DNA from: Hyphochytrium catenoides
Taxonomy: Eukaryota; Protista; Hyphochytriomycota
Direction of reading: 5' to 3'
NCBI GenBank assembly: GCA_900088475.1
Contig: FLMG01000308.1
Span: 1-64,000 of the forward strand
Length of the DNA stretch: 64,000 nucleotides
The notes under the pieces: model-generated
The model's input: the letters and a program-made list of their open reading frames with translations, nothing else
The model's database searches: none
Told to the model about the DNA's origin: nothing
Translations under genes and position numbers: made by a program
Part shown: piece after piece, positions 37,153 to 50,025 of the stretch
Numbering within the stretch: position 1 is the first letter of the stretch
Layout of the letters: every line of letters begins with the position of its first letter

Positions 37153-40100
37153 CTAGTGCGGTGTCTCGATATTCTCCAGCACTTGATACTTGGCCGGGAA
37201 GGAGGAAGCTCCTTTACCTGCCTCCAGATCCAACGCTCCCATGGGCTTGCCGCGCTGTACAGTCGTCTTCATCTCCTTCATGCCGTAGTCTAACTTCATG
37301 ATGTTAGGCTTGCGATAAGTTTTGAGCAAGAGAGAGGACACCACCACTGAGACAGATGACAGTGCCATTGCCAACCCGGCGCAGTATGGCGGGAGTCCCT
37401 TGTGGATGATAGGATAGAGCACGCCTGCAGCGATGGGAATGCCGAGCAGATTGTACCCAAACGCCCAGATATAGTTGAGACGGATGCGATTAAAGACCAC
37501 CCGGGAGAGGTCCAGCTGTATAGGACAGGAGAGACAAGAGCAATCAGCAAAAGGCATGTCTCTGCTCGGGCACTCTAAGGAGTCTCTTACCGCAGTGACG
37601 ATATCGCAGAGGTTGGTCCTCACTAGCACCATATCAGCCTGAGCCATGGCGACCTACGATAATGCCTTGTATTAGCGCGTTCTCCTTCCCTTTATACTCT
37701 TGTCCTAAAGGTCCTTTCCCTCACCTGTGTGCCGGCGCCTATTGCTATGCCAAGGTCGGCCTTGGCAAGAGCTGGCGCGTCATTAATGCCATCTCCTACC
37801 ATCGCCACAGTCCTGCCAGCCTGCTGCAGAAGCATAATCTGCCTGACTTTGTCTCCTGGCAGTGCGACAGCCTTGACATGATTCACATCCAACTGCGCAC
37901 CGACAGCGGCGGCAGTTCTGATATTGTCGCCTAACATTGCGAAGGATTATGGCGTTAGCTGGGTGCCTTCGGAGGTCGTCAAGCACTCTAGGCCTTACCT
38001 GTGACCATCCATACGTCAACGTTATATCTCTCTCTTAGCACCTGAACCACTCTATGGGCTTCAGGTCGGATAGTGTCCGCCACAGAGAGCAGTCCTACAA
38101 TCTTTGCAGGCTCTGCTACACAGACGACAGTCTCGCCTCTATCCTCTAACCTTGCCATGGTGTTCTCCTCCTCGTCAGAGAGGAAGAGGGAGTGCTGCTC
38201 CATCCAACTCCTGTTGCCGATAAGGATCGTCCGGTCTTCGACCTCACAGCGAAGACCCTGTCCCGGCACTATTTCAAACGAAGACGGCTCCGTCAGCTCC
38301 AGACCCATCGAAAGCGCAGCTGAGACGATTGTCTGTCCAATCGGGTGCTCACTGTTCTTCTCTGTTAAGTAATGAGAGAGTGAAGAACCCCAGCCAGAGA
38401 AGGAGGGAGTACAGCGATAGAGTGAGAGAAACGAAGAGAAAGCGAGAGATTGTGGGCGACAAACAACAGTCCACAGTGTTAGCCATCGGTCATTATAACA
38501 ACTTCTGAAACAGCTCTTCACCTGCAGAAGCGGCCACTCTCATGAGTTCTCTGAGGTCCCATTCAGGATGAAGGACAATCTTTGAGGCCATGCGAGGCTT
38601 GCCCTCTGTAAGAGTTCCAGTCTTATCAAAAACAATGGTGTCGACCTTGTGAGCCATTTCAAGGCAGTGCCCACCCTTAATCAGAATGCCGTTTGAGGCC
38701 CCGACACCGGTTCCAACCTAAGAAACGAGGGAGGAACACCTTTTAGAAGCGGTGTAACCACGGCGACAGAGGTGCTCAATCGACTTACCATGACAGCAGT
38801 AGGAGTAGCTAGTCCTAGAGCGCAAGGACAAGCAATCACCACGACGCTAATCGCAAAAAGGAGAGAAAACACAAAGTTGTCTGCCCCGCTCTCCTCAACC
38901 CACTCTTGCGGCACTACGCCGAGAGAAGCGAGAGTAAACCACACCAAGAAGGTGAAGAACGAAAGAGAGACGACAATCGGTGCGAAAATCGCCGCCACTT
39001 TGTCAGAGTACACCTGGATCGGAGCTTTGCTTGTCTGCGCCTCCTCAATCAACTTGCAGATCTGAGAGATTGCGGACTCGGCCCCTGTGTTGGTCACCCG
39101 CACCCACAGCAGACCCTGGAAGCACGATCAATGGCAGACAGGGGAAAGAGAGAGAGAGAATGCGGCAGGAAAGAAGGGTGATTTAGCACAGGACTTAGTA
39201 TAGCCACTGGAAGCGCTAAATCTAGTCAGCAACTGTTTGCGCCGCTCCTCTTTGCAGTCCAGCCGCGCCCCACATCAGCGCTTAGTCTGCGTCTCTATTT
39301 CTTTCCTTCCCATTTACCTGCTGATTGATGGTGGCTCCAAAGACCACATCCCCTTCCTTCTTGGGAACGGGCATGCTCTCTCCAGTGATCATCGACTCGT
39401 CAACAGTGGATAGTCCATAGGCCACGACACCGTCAGTAGGGATCTTGCTTCCTGGAATGACTTTCAGCAGGTCTCCTCTCTGGACCAACCTCGCATCAAT
39501 TTCTTCCTCCGCAACTACCTTTCCTGCCTCCTCCCTCAGAAGCACGGCTGTGTGGACTTGCATGTCCATAAGCTCCAAAAGGGCTTCAGAGGTCTTGCCC
39601 TTGGCGACGGACTCAAGGTACTTCCCAAAGGTAATGAAGAGCAGCAGCATAGCGGAACTTTCAAAAAAAGGATGGATGTGGTAGGAAGGCGAGCTGGCGC
39701 AGAGAATGAGGATGACCACGGAATAAGAGTAAGTGATTGTGGATCCCAGCACCACTAAGAAGTCCATGCCAATCATCCGGTGACGTAGTCCAGCATACGC
39801 TGCGCGATAGAAGCGATAGCCCACTCCGAACTGCACTGGTGTAGCCTTGGCAGACGAGAGCGAGAGAGCAGGTGTCAACTTGCAGTCTCACAGCTGGGTA
39901 GCGCCCAACCAAGTGGACAGAAGAGCATGCTAGAGAGACAGTTATGCAACGGTATGCACAGATGGAAGAGAGAAGACAGCTAGCAAGCCAGTAGAACACT
40001 ACTCACCAGCAGCCCCATGATAAGCGCCATGCGTGTCAAAGAATTGACCACCGGCATCATCAGCCAACGTGCCAAAGGGGTAATCCAAGGTGCTACCATG

Positions 40101-41582
40101 TGCAGGAACATTGTCGGCAGCGCAAAGATGGAGGCAAATAGGAGAAGACGTCCCCAGGAGGCGGTGTCGTGAGCTGCAACTGCACGGAAGGAAGAATCAA
40201 CGTCTGAAGCTGAGACGTCTGACGCTGTAAAGCCCATATCCCGCAACTTTTCCATTAAGGTTCTGAACACGAAGAGAAGCCAAGTTAGCACTTCAGCCCA
40301 GCCAAACAGACGATAAGCAGGTCTTACCTTTTCCCTGTAGCAGCTCTGGGGTCCAATTCAACCGTTGCTTTGGTGGATATCAAGCTTACTGAGACGCTTC
40401 TGACGCCTGGCAACTGGCTCAAATTATTCTCTATCTTTGCGACGCAAGCGCCACAGCTCATGCCGCCCACTAGCAGTTCAACACGCTGACCCGAGCCTTC
40501 ACCCGCATCGGTTGAAAGGTGCTGTGCGCCGTAGCCTCCGCCTTCAATGGCCCCAGCAATCTTCTTCTCAGAAATAAAGACTGGGTCAAAGAGTACCTAA
40601 GGCCATCCAGAGTGAGAAGGTGGCAGAATGAAGAACTAGAGTAAGGAGCGCGTAAGATTGACGGAGAAGTGGACGAGACAGAGGCAAACACATGCTATGT
40701 AGAACAGGGGCTACGGAGTCCAAGGTGAACGAAGTGCCTCACCTCTGCCCTTTGCGATAGGAGTCCGATCTTAGCGTCCTTAATCCCGTCTAACTCATAG
40801 AGAATGTCTTCAATACTTTTCACACAGGCTGCACAGCTCATCCCCGAAACACTGAAGAAGCCACGCGAATAGGCGGTGGATCCATCTGAGTCTCGCCGAG
40901 GCTTTTCCCTCCTCTTTTCTCCTGCAGGAGAAAGAGTGGACGACAGAGGGCGCCTTCGTCTTCTTCCTGTCGCAGTGGTACCACTGCTTTCTGGCCCATC
41001 TACATCGCGAGCTACTCTCTCTTCCTGAGAATCCGTCCGTACCCTCTTGGGCTGCGCCAATGTGGCCCCAAAACCCACGTCTTCCACTGCAGAGATGAGT
41101 GCGGCGAGTCCTGCGGTTCCCCGGACTGTGGCAGTGTGTGTGGGGAAGTCAACAACGGCGCTGGTGACACCTTCCACGCCTCTGAGAGCTGTTTGCACCG
41201 TGTTTCCACAGTTCTTCATGCACATCATCCCGTCAATTGCTAGCATGATCGTCCCTTCCTCAACTTTACCTCCTCCGGGCCCTACCTGAGGCTTGCCAGC
41301 CGCTGCCGGACGAGAGTCAGAGATAAGCTCTGCATCAAAGCCAACAGCCTCTACAGCGTCAATGAGGTCAGACACTGGGGCCGCCCCAAGCACGGTGGCG
41401 GACTTGTGCTCGAAGCTGACGTTGGCTTCGTCAACTCCTGGAACCGCTCGAAGGGCGTTCTGAACCGTGTTCCCACAATTCTTCATGCACATCATCCCTT
41501 CAATGCCCAGAACCACGGCGCCGTCAGTGTCCCCGCGATGAGGCCGCCGTCTAGCCTTTAGGTGAGGCGTTTCGTCCATCAT
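37153..41582 (-). CDS. Copper-transporting P1B-1 ATPase (ATP7/HMA5/CopA-like) with four HMA domains
   Basis: HMA motifs GMMCMKNC x2, GMSCAAC and GMSCGAC. Also [50 protein letters not shown] and MALSS. Confidence 0.95.
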
Positions 41583-42022
41583 CGTTGAGAAGTTTCTCTA
41601 TTGAAAGATAAGCTCGTCTGTCGGTGAAAGTCAACTTGCGCCGAGCTCAGTCGAGGCGCCGCAGACTTCAATGAACAGGAAGAGAGGTTGTCGAAAGGTA
41701 GGAACACTAGGAGCCAGCTCAGAGGCAGCAAGGAGTGAATCTTGCGAACAAAATCGGCCAGTGCTAAGGATCCTGATGAGGCCTGTCTGGTACCTACTGC
41801 GGAGCACTTTCTCAGTTTCGTTTTGTACTGGCCCCGTTCTTAGTTTTCTGCTGTTGGGTCTCAGACTAGCAGATGGCGGACAGCTTCCCGGCATCAAGGG
41901 CCAGAAGGTATGCACGTAGTCGGGAAAGGAGGGGCTGCGAAAGGTGCCAGGACCTGCCTCTAACAGTCAGGAGGTTAGCAGAAACTAGCATCCAAGGACG
42001 GAGACGCCGAGGTTGCGCCCGC

Positions 42023-42082
42023 AGTGTGATCACACTCAGCAGTGTTTCCAGTGTCCAGGCGTCCAGCGTCCAGCGTCCAGCG
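42023..42082. repeat. 14-bp perfect palindrome plus a TCCAGYG tandem array upstream of the Cu-ATPase
   Basis: AGTGTGATCACACT at 42023-42036; about five TCCAG(C/T)G units at 42047-42082. Confidence 0.7.
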
Positions 42083-42161
42083 AGGGGAAAGGAAACTTCA
42101 TGTTTCCATGCCGACAACAGCCTCTAGCATTCCGAATAGATTCCCCTGGATCCATTATAGT

Positions 42162-45100
42162 TGGTATCAGAGTCTCAGATATGGTGCGCTGTTGTGCGGT
42201 AATTACTCCCCTTCTCACACAGAATAGAATAGTTCAGCTGTTCAGCGCACATTCTCGCACTCGTCAATTGTCAATACAGTAGAGGTGAATATGTAGGAGA
42301 TAACCCTACACTGATTAACCCCATATTCGTTGTGTGCGCACGTGGGGTGTTTTTAGCTGGCAGGCAGGTTCTGAATGACGACATACACATGGTCTCCGAG
42401 CTCACAGCCGTGCCTGCCTGCCCACAGAAGTGCTGCTAATTTTGGTTCTACAAGTACAAGTAGAACTGGTACTCGTAGAACGAAAAGTACGGTAAGTAAG
42501 AAGGGAGATAATGGAAGCGGCGAGTGCTGTACCGAAAGAAAGGAATCTTTAGACACTTGTTTATTTCCAGTGCTCTCACCCTTTAGAGGGAAAGAGGAAA
42601 GATTGAAAGCTTCATAGAATATTGCGTATGATGCCTTGAAGTTACTGAGATTCTGCGGAGCCAGCGCGCTCACATCAGAAGCTGCAGATTATTGGCGAAC
42701 AACTCGGCACTGCAGCAAGGGAACATCTTCGACATATCTTCTGGTGGCACATGATGGGCAGCAAGCAAGCCGCAGGCCCTCCTTCTCGTGCAGAGGAGGA
42801 TAACATGAGCAATATGCCTTTACGCTGCTTATAGTAAGCTCACCGGGACACCACTTCTGGCCGTCTTCGTCATCATTAGGATGGATAGATCTAATGGCAG
42901 CGAGAGCAAAAGAGTGTGGATCACTAGCACTCTTTTTTTGTTGGAGTCGGTCTGAAGGCGTGAAGAACTACCTTCGTTCCGGATGTCTTCGAGGATCGGA
43001 CTGACCTTGCCAGAAGGCGAGCAAGATTTTCAAGCGGTCCTGCAGCCATTATGGCCATGCTGTTCCAATTGACAACAAGCACACTCAGTAATGTTGCCTG
43101 CTAGAAGTAAGAAAGATCGCATCGTACATTTTAAGAGCCCACCAGTTGTTAGTATGACCCTGCCTTTCGTCTGACGTTGCCTGTCACAAATAAGAGTTAA
43201 AAAGATGGGCACGCAAGTTTGAAGATGCTGAGAGATGGATTACCTCCTGGGGTTAGGACACACCTCATTTTCTTTCTGGTCGGAGTTACGCAGAATGGTC
43301 TGTGCCCCTCTTCCTTGCCCCCGTACAATAGGTTCAGCCTGTGGCCCTCGTATGAGCGCCAACTCTTGGCGAGTTCCGCACCGGGATGCCCTCGCGTTAT
43401 TATAAAGGATGCGGCTTACTCAGTGCCTCAAAGTTTACTGTAGTTCATTGTGTCTATTGGCCTGGCCCGGGTCCTCGGTCGAAGGCACGATGGCTATGTA
43501 TCTTATCCAGACTGCTAGTGTTGGTGCTTTCAGGTAGATGGTTTGTCCGTCAGGTATATAATGATCTGTTGAAGGTCTGGCCCGATCTTGCTGTGCGATC
43601 AAAGAAGACGGTTCGTGAACTCATATACATGAAGCAGCAACAACAGCAGATTAGGAGTAGGGTGGAATTGCCTAAGCCGAAAAACAGAGGTGTGGGCCAG
43701 AAAGATACACTGTCAGCAAAACCGTCTCCTAGTACAAGCCGTTGGATGGAACTACTCGGTATGACGACCAGGACTCGTCAGGCCACAATGGAGGATAGAA
43801 AATCACCTCCGTCAATACTGCCTCAATGTTAAAATAGGTCTGCATGGCGATAGCGAGCGCACGATACCGGACGGGAGGTGAGCGTAGCCCGCATGGTGAT
43901 TATATGCTTAACTTTTAGCTTTTTCCTCAGCAGCGGGACTGGTATAGTATCAATCATAGAAACTCCGGACAATCCTCCTCAGGTCTTGCCCACACCCTGA
44001 GGACTGGTGACCAACTCGAGCGCTTCTCGCGGTTTGCCAGACTCTTGAAGGCAAGGGAACACTTTTGACTGGTAGTAAGTGTTCGAAACGCTCCATCTTG
44101 CTAGCGATGGACCCGGAAGATATCCTCGTGATCAAAGACAAACAGAAACTCCTTCTTCCTGTCCGTGAGCGACACCGGTGCAGTCTACCGAATCTTTACC
44201 AATGGCCCAGGTGCAGAGCTAGGTGATGTCACTTGATCTATGGGCGGCACAGAGACAACCTAAAGTCTCTTTGACGCCCCTGACCACCTATGCAAATCAT
44301 AAGCTTGGTGCACAGCCTGGTAATGAAAGGGCCGTCCCATCACTATCCGACACCGTATATGACAAAGAATCTCATGGTTCGCGCGAATGTAACGAGGACT
44401 TTTCATGGTACGAGGTTAGGGCTGAAGAGCCCAGGGGTCTATGTACAATAGCAGCTAATCTCATAGTCGTCTGCACAATATCTGCGTGTAAGACTGGAGA
44501 GGGCGACGGAAGGTGGGTTTGGGGAAGAAAGTGGGGCCGGTTAGAGAGTCCTCTGCATCTAGGCATCCTCCTCTACGTCTTCACGTTCTCTAAAACGAGG
44601 ATTCTTGGGCTGTCAAAAAAGAGGATAACAGAGTTAGCAAGCTCAAAGCTCAGTCCAGGGTCTTAAGCAAGGAAGCTCCCTGGCTTGCATTGACTGCTGC
44701 CGTCATACCTCTCGGTCCTTTCGCTCCGGCAAATCCAACTTTCGCTTCTGACCTCCATGAAAGACCTGAGCTCCGACCCCTCCGCGGCCGACGTCATACT
44801 CCGACCTTATCTCGTCTCGGACCTGGAAAAGAGTTCAGCGCCACTTCCGTAAAGCCAGACCTCTATCCTACCTGGCCTCCAGATTTCCCACGTCCATATT
44901 GCCGGCCCGGCGTAAAGCCAAAGTCCATGGACACTCGTATCAGCCGATTATCTAGCTTCGTGTTGCTCAGATATGACACTGCTGCCAAGGCATCGCCCCG
45001 CTTGTAGTACCTGCTCGCACGTCAGCATTCCGCGCCACAAATAGTGAAGATGTCACCGTCGTCTTACTCTACAAAGCAGAACCCACAGGGTGTCTTGGTG

Positions 45101-46650
45101 ATTGAGTTTATTCCCATAATGACTCTTCGAACGCTGCCACAACTTTCTCGGGGTTAGTGCTTATCGTGATCGTTTCTCTAGTGGCGGAGATGATTACCTG
45201 CTAAACAACTCGTATATCTGCCCTTCTGAAGTGTAGAAAGTGAGATTTCCTACGTAGACCGTCGAAGACACATCGGTCAACTTCCGCTGATCTTCTTTGG
45301 AAGGAAAGAAGCTGCGGAACCAGTACTCTGGCTTGGGAGGGTCAAAGTCTAACAGGCACTGCATATGAGCTTAGTTCAGCCTGACGCCGTACAGCACTGA
45401 AGGAGTGACTACAATCTCTGACAGGGCTTTGCTTGAGGTCGTTAACTTCAAGGCTTGGGGCCGACGAAGAGACTCCGCTGCGCCAGGTACGGTGCGTCTT
45501 TCTAATCTGCAGATGTGTGACGGAACTGAAGCTCTGATCTCATCACACAGCCGATGGAGCTCATCATGGCGTTTTGTGCTGTTTGTGCAGGCTCTGAATG
45601 CACTTCGCAGGTGCCGTTAACCGCTAACTTGCCATCACTCAAAGCCGAAGCCGCTCCCTTCTGATCGATTTTTCTATGAGAAAACAAGAGAGGACGAGTC
45701 TTCCCCTCCCGGGTGCCAGTTAGATGGGTCAGCTCCGTCCTCCGCCCCAGCGCAACCAAATGCTCAGACTCTCCCTTCTCCTGCGTCCCGGAGTGACCTC
45801 AGAGATATATCGTATCGCCTTGATATTTGGGACTCATCACACAGTCATGTCCGCTACCTTAAGCTGCACATCGCTTGCGTGGCTGGAGGTTCTGACCTCG
45901 ATGTCCGAGGAAAGCTGAGTAGTAGACATTAGCAGAGCAAACCTTGTCTTGGAATAATGGCTGCGGCTGTCCCCCGCCCTCTGTGTCGCTTGAGAAGAGG
46001 TGACTGCCTCTTGCCTAAACTTGGGATAGTAAGGTCTTCATCTTGGCCTTCCACGATCAATGAGGAGGCGCCTGCGACCCCCAGAAAGTGACAGAGTAGT
46101 TGTGCGATGGAACCCTGCGCTCCGGCTCCTGGTTGATGGCCCTAACTACGTTTTCTATTCCTTGCTTGACATTGCCTGGGCGCGATGACCCTTGTGGTGT
46201 GAGGGATTAGGCCTCTTGCCTGGCTGACTGGGTATAGCAGAAGATGGCTCGAGCCACTGAAGGGAGCCTCTCCCAAACTGGCGATTCTTTTGCGACGAGG
46301 AGTAGATTGAGACTGCTCCACGTCCCGTATCACAGGGCATTGGCGGTGTTCACAGGGAAGAACTCTGATGAACGCCCAAGCTGGAGATTTTACCACGACG
46401 GTAATAAAGAGACGATGGCCGTAAGTCAGACGCCTACCAGAGCCATCCCAACTTGTCAAAGTGAAAGATGGTGGAGACGGCGCAGCCATGATGTGGGACG
46501 GGCAAAGCTATGCTAAAGTATACTTCTCGTCACCTTCACCGGATCATCGAGTTCAAACCTTAATGCAGCCAACCGATGGCCGCGATGAGCTTCAAACTTA
46601 TAGCGGACATGCCTGTGTTAGTCCTTTGACCTTGGGTCACTCTAGACATT
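42162..46650 (+). mobile_element. Highly decayed Ty3/gypsy-like LTR retrotransposon remnant (PBS-like site, RT, RNase H and integrase traces)
   Basis: TGGTATCAGAG at 42162 resembles a tRNA-iMet PBS. Frame-broken traces occur in pol order: SNAATTFSGL (~45127, cf. NAPATFQ), GDDYLL (~45185), KC..EISYV (~45230), ISDRALLEVVNFKAW (~45414, RNase H-like), then ERWWRRRSHD and QPTDG (~46460-46580, integrase-like). No paired LTRs seen. Confidence 0.4.
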
Positions 46651-47779
46651 GAAGTATCTCAAAGTGTTAGTGTTATAGTCTGAGTTCTCACACATCACGA
46701 GGCAACTTCGCAAGCACAGCCTCTCTGTTACTATTTACTCGGTCAGACCCGTCCAGTCGACCCCAACACTTGTCGCCACTGCCCTCCCTTAACATCGCCA
46801 AGCAACCTCTATCTACGCTATTAATAGCCTTGGAAAAGCCTCCTCATAGGCACAATAAGTGCCGGGGACTATCAATAAGATTCCGACCAAGGTGCCGCCC
46901 TTCGTGCATTAGATTTGTCTGCCAGCTCCCTTCAAAAGGGACAACAAAGAGCCAGTCGAGTTCGTGGTAGTATCTGGCTGATCACCCAGAGCTCGTCATT
47001 CCGTTCAGAGCACATCCCACCACCGTTGAGGACACCACCTTCAGCAGAACCTCTAACCGCAATCCCCCAGTGACACGGGTCAGGCGCGCGGAGCAACAGA
47101 TCCATGATGGAAGGCGCGGACGGCTGTTGATTATCTCCGTGCCTCTACTTTGCTCATGTGCAGTCCTTCGTTACCTGAAAACATTATGCTGCGACTACTC
47201 AGGCGGGTTGCGATCCCTGCCAGTAGGCATTAGTAGTAGCAATAGTTGTCCAGCATAGCCACTTCTTTCCTGCTTCCCCACTTGTTCCTTTGATGGCTAA
47301 CGCTAAGTTCCTTGTAGCTAGCTCAGCGGACAAGACAGCGTGCTTGAGCCGCCGACGATGATGGTCAAAGATTCGTTAGGATGATGATGGGAGAACACGC
47401 TTCTGACCTTCAACTTGAGGTGAGTGTCCTTGCGGCTTGGTGGTTTGGGGTAAGGTATGTGAAGATACTCCCCTTCTCTAACAGGTTACAACCATGAGCT
47501 ATTGAGTGTGTAACTGCACTGCCCCATGGCGATACAGAGCAAGTGCTTCACCACAAAGCTGCAAACAGCCAATAAAACTGTCATTTCAGCCTTTGGTGTG
47601 TAGCAGTACGTCGTTTCTAGGCTTCTTAGCTTCTTGGAGGCGGATCGGAGCTGCACTCGCTCAAGGATCAGTCAGGAGCAAGCGCAGGAACTCTTCTTCC
47701 TACTGGTTGTCGGAGGCATGCAGCAGGAACAGAGCCCAGACCACGAAGAAGGAAACTTGCTCTGCCGTCAGCATAGAGT

Positions 47780-49204
47780 ATGGATCCAAGCAAACGGACA
47801 ACCTTGACCACACTCACTGGCACTGATCAGAGAAAGAGGAGACAGACAACGCTAACGACACGTAAGCCAGTGACGCCGGATCACAAAGGCTTGAGACGTC
47901 ATGCCAGGCAGAGCGGTAAAGCCCACGACCAAGATGACTCAAGACAAAGAGCGAGTCAAGGTGTCCTAAGTGGTGACCAAGAAGGTTCGAAACAAAAAGG
48001 AAGCGAATGGGGCGTCGCAACTTTTGATGATGTACCGCTACCATCTTCCCGAAGGCAGTTCTCAACTCTCTGGAGCAAACATCGCCAGTTATTTGAAAAA
48101 GTTCAAAGACTGTGTATCTCTGGTCCGCCACTTTATGAAGCCCCGGATGCCCAGACCGCGCTATTGGAACGGCTAGAGGAGTCCTGCAGTCTTGGCAATC
48201 CTGATGATGTGATCTATGAAGTGCTTCGGGGAATTGCTGTCAGGGCAAAAGACTACCCCTCATCACAATGTTCAGAGCCAGCGTCCTGCCTTGCGGGAGG
48301 TACGACTAAAAGTGAATTAGAAGGAAAGCCCATGAGTGCTCCAGATCCAAGTGGTTCCGTTACCTTTAACAGTGCTTTCGATACTCAGAGTCTAAACCGT
48401 CGGGCTGAGAAGCGGGCAAGGTCTATTATCCGTCTTCTTCCACATGGTGCAGATGGAATCGACAGCTTGTTGGACGTTGGATGCTCGGAAGGGTCGATCA
48501 CAGCGGCGCTTGCAGAGGCACTGAAACTACCTGAGGACCGAGTCTTTGCCGCAGACATCACTCTCCCCACGGACAAGACGACGCATAAGCTTAACTTTCA
48601 GCTGTTAGAGGCCAACAAGCCTCTTCCCTTTGAGGAGGCGTCATTTTCTTTAATAACATGCCTTATGTGCCTCCATCACGTGGAAGACCAAGAGCTTATG
48701 ATGCGAGAGTTCTTTAGAGTTCTCAGACCGGGAGGCTACCTTGTCATTCGAGAACACGATTTGACTGAGCCAGGAATGCGCATAGTGATTGACATCATGC
48801 ATGGCCTATACAGTCTAGTCTGGACTGACCCTCCGGAGGATCCTGCATTCATAAACAACTACCGAGCCCTATATCGGAGTAAAGCTAGCTGGAGGTCCCT
48901 TGCCCAGAAAGCACACCTATGTGTCTATACAGCTGGTGAGCAGCGGCATCGAGGTGGACGCTACTGCAAGAATGCGAATGGCTCACATCAGCAACGAGAC
49001 CAACAGGCTGCCTGTCACTTTAAAGGAAATAGCTTTCACCATCCCAAGTCCAAAGTAAGGCGTGAAGGCTCGAGACCAGAGAGTAGTGAGGCGGGAACCG
49101 ATTTCTATGGAGCATCTACTTCTGCAGCTGCCTGTAATGCTTACTTTGATATCTTTGTCAAACCTGTGGATGGCGCTCCCGCGGACGCATTTTCAGTCCA
49201 GTGA
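47780..49204 (+). CDS. Class I SAM-dependent methyltransferase (Methyltransf_11-like), intronless
   Basis: Motif I SLLDVGCSEGSIT, then VFAADI, LPFEEASFSLITCLMCLHHVED and EFFRVLRPGGYLVIREHD, in a continuous 474-aa ORF. Confidence 0.88.
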   Translation: MDPSKRTTLTTLTGTDQRKRRQTTLTTRKPVTPDHKGLRRHARQSGKAHDQDDSRQRASQGVLSGDQEGSKQKGSEWGVATFDDVPLPSSRRQFSTLWSKHRQLFEKVQRLCISGPPLYEAPDAQTALLERLEESCSLGNPDDVIYEVLRGIAVRAKDYPSSQCSEPASCLAGGTTKSELEGKPMSAPDPSGSVTFNSAFDTQSLNRRAEKRARSIIRLLPHGADGIDSLLDVGCSEGSITAALAEALKLPEDRVFAADITLPTDKTTHKLNFQLLEANKPLPFEEASFSLITCLMCLHHVEDQELMMREFFRVLRPGGYLVIREHDLTEPGMRIVIDIMHGLYSLVWTDPPEDPAFINNYRALYRSKASWRSLAQKAHLCVYTAGEQRHRGGRYCKNANGSHQQRDQQAACHFKGNSFHHPKSKVRREGSRPESSEAGTDFYGASTSAAACNAYFDIFVKPVDGAPADAFSVQ

Positions 49205-50025
49205 GCGATATGAGAGTCCTTTCGCTGCACGAAGGAATAATCGCCGTCGTAACTTTAGAGAAAAGATGGTCTTTCCGTTGACGTTAAGAGGCACGCGTAA
49301 GCGGCAGCCCAGGCACAGGGCGAACATGTCGTGGCGACTACCATTTCACAAGCGCAATCTGCGATGGCTTCTTAGCGTGCGCCGCGCCATAACATTCTGC
49401 CTTACTCGCACCTCTTGGTCCATAGATGCGGATAAAACGGGGAGGTCTGCCTCCTCCTCAGTGAACTCCCGAGTAAGTTTTACTGGAGGTTTCTGGAGCC
49501 TCCAGCTCAGCTCTCTCGCCTTTTTGGCCTACCCTAGCTAGTTGCGTCAGGAGGGACACCGTAAGGCAAGTTGATGGATACAAGGCCGACTTAGCTCTCT
49601 CGTGGGTAGGCTCATTGTCCCTTCAAGTCAATACTCACCTCATTGCCCACGCTGGTGCCTTCCTGATATGCGTGGCGCTTGACTGACAGAGGTCAATGGT
49701 ACTCACGTAAGAGTTGAGAAGGCCGTATGGAGATGGCAACGAATAACCACTGTGCTTTACCTTTTGTCAGTACTGACTGGGTGCTAGGCCAGCGTCCTTC
49801 CCATTGCCCTCCCCTTCCCCTTCACATAAATGACTACTACCTAGTAGGCGCCAAAAATGCCAGATTTGCTGGGCTTCCTGATGAAAAGGAGCAGCTGCAA
49901 GGCAAGAAATCCTCTCAGTTATAATAATATAAATAAATAGACATCTATTGAAATGGTTCTAAGCTTAGACTTGTTCTTGAAAGAGCCACCAGGAGATCGA
50001 ATGCCCCAAAGACAAGAGACAGTGA

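Noticed and set aside
42450-42535. GTAC copper-response elements near the Cu-ATPase
   Set aside because: A 4-mer is common by chance, and the CRR1/SPL7 system belongs to the green lineage.
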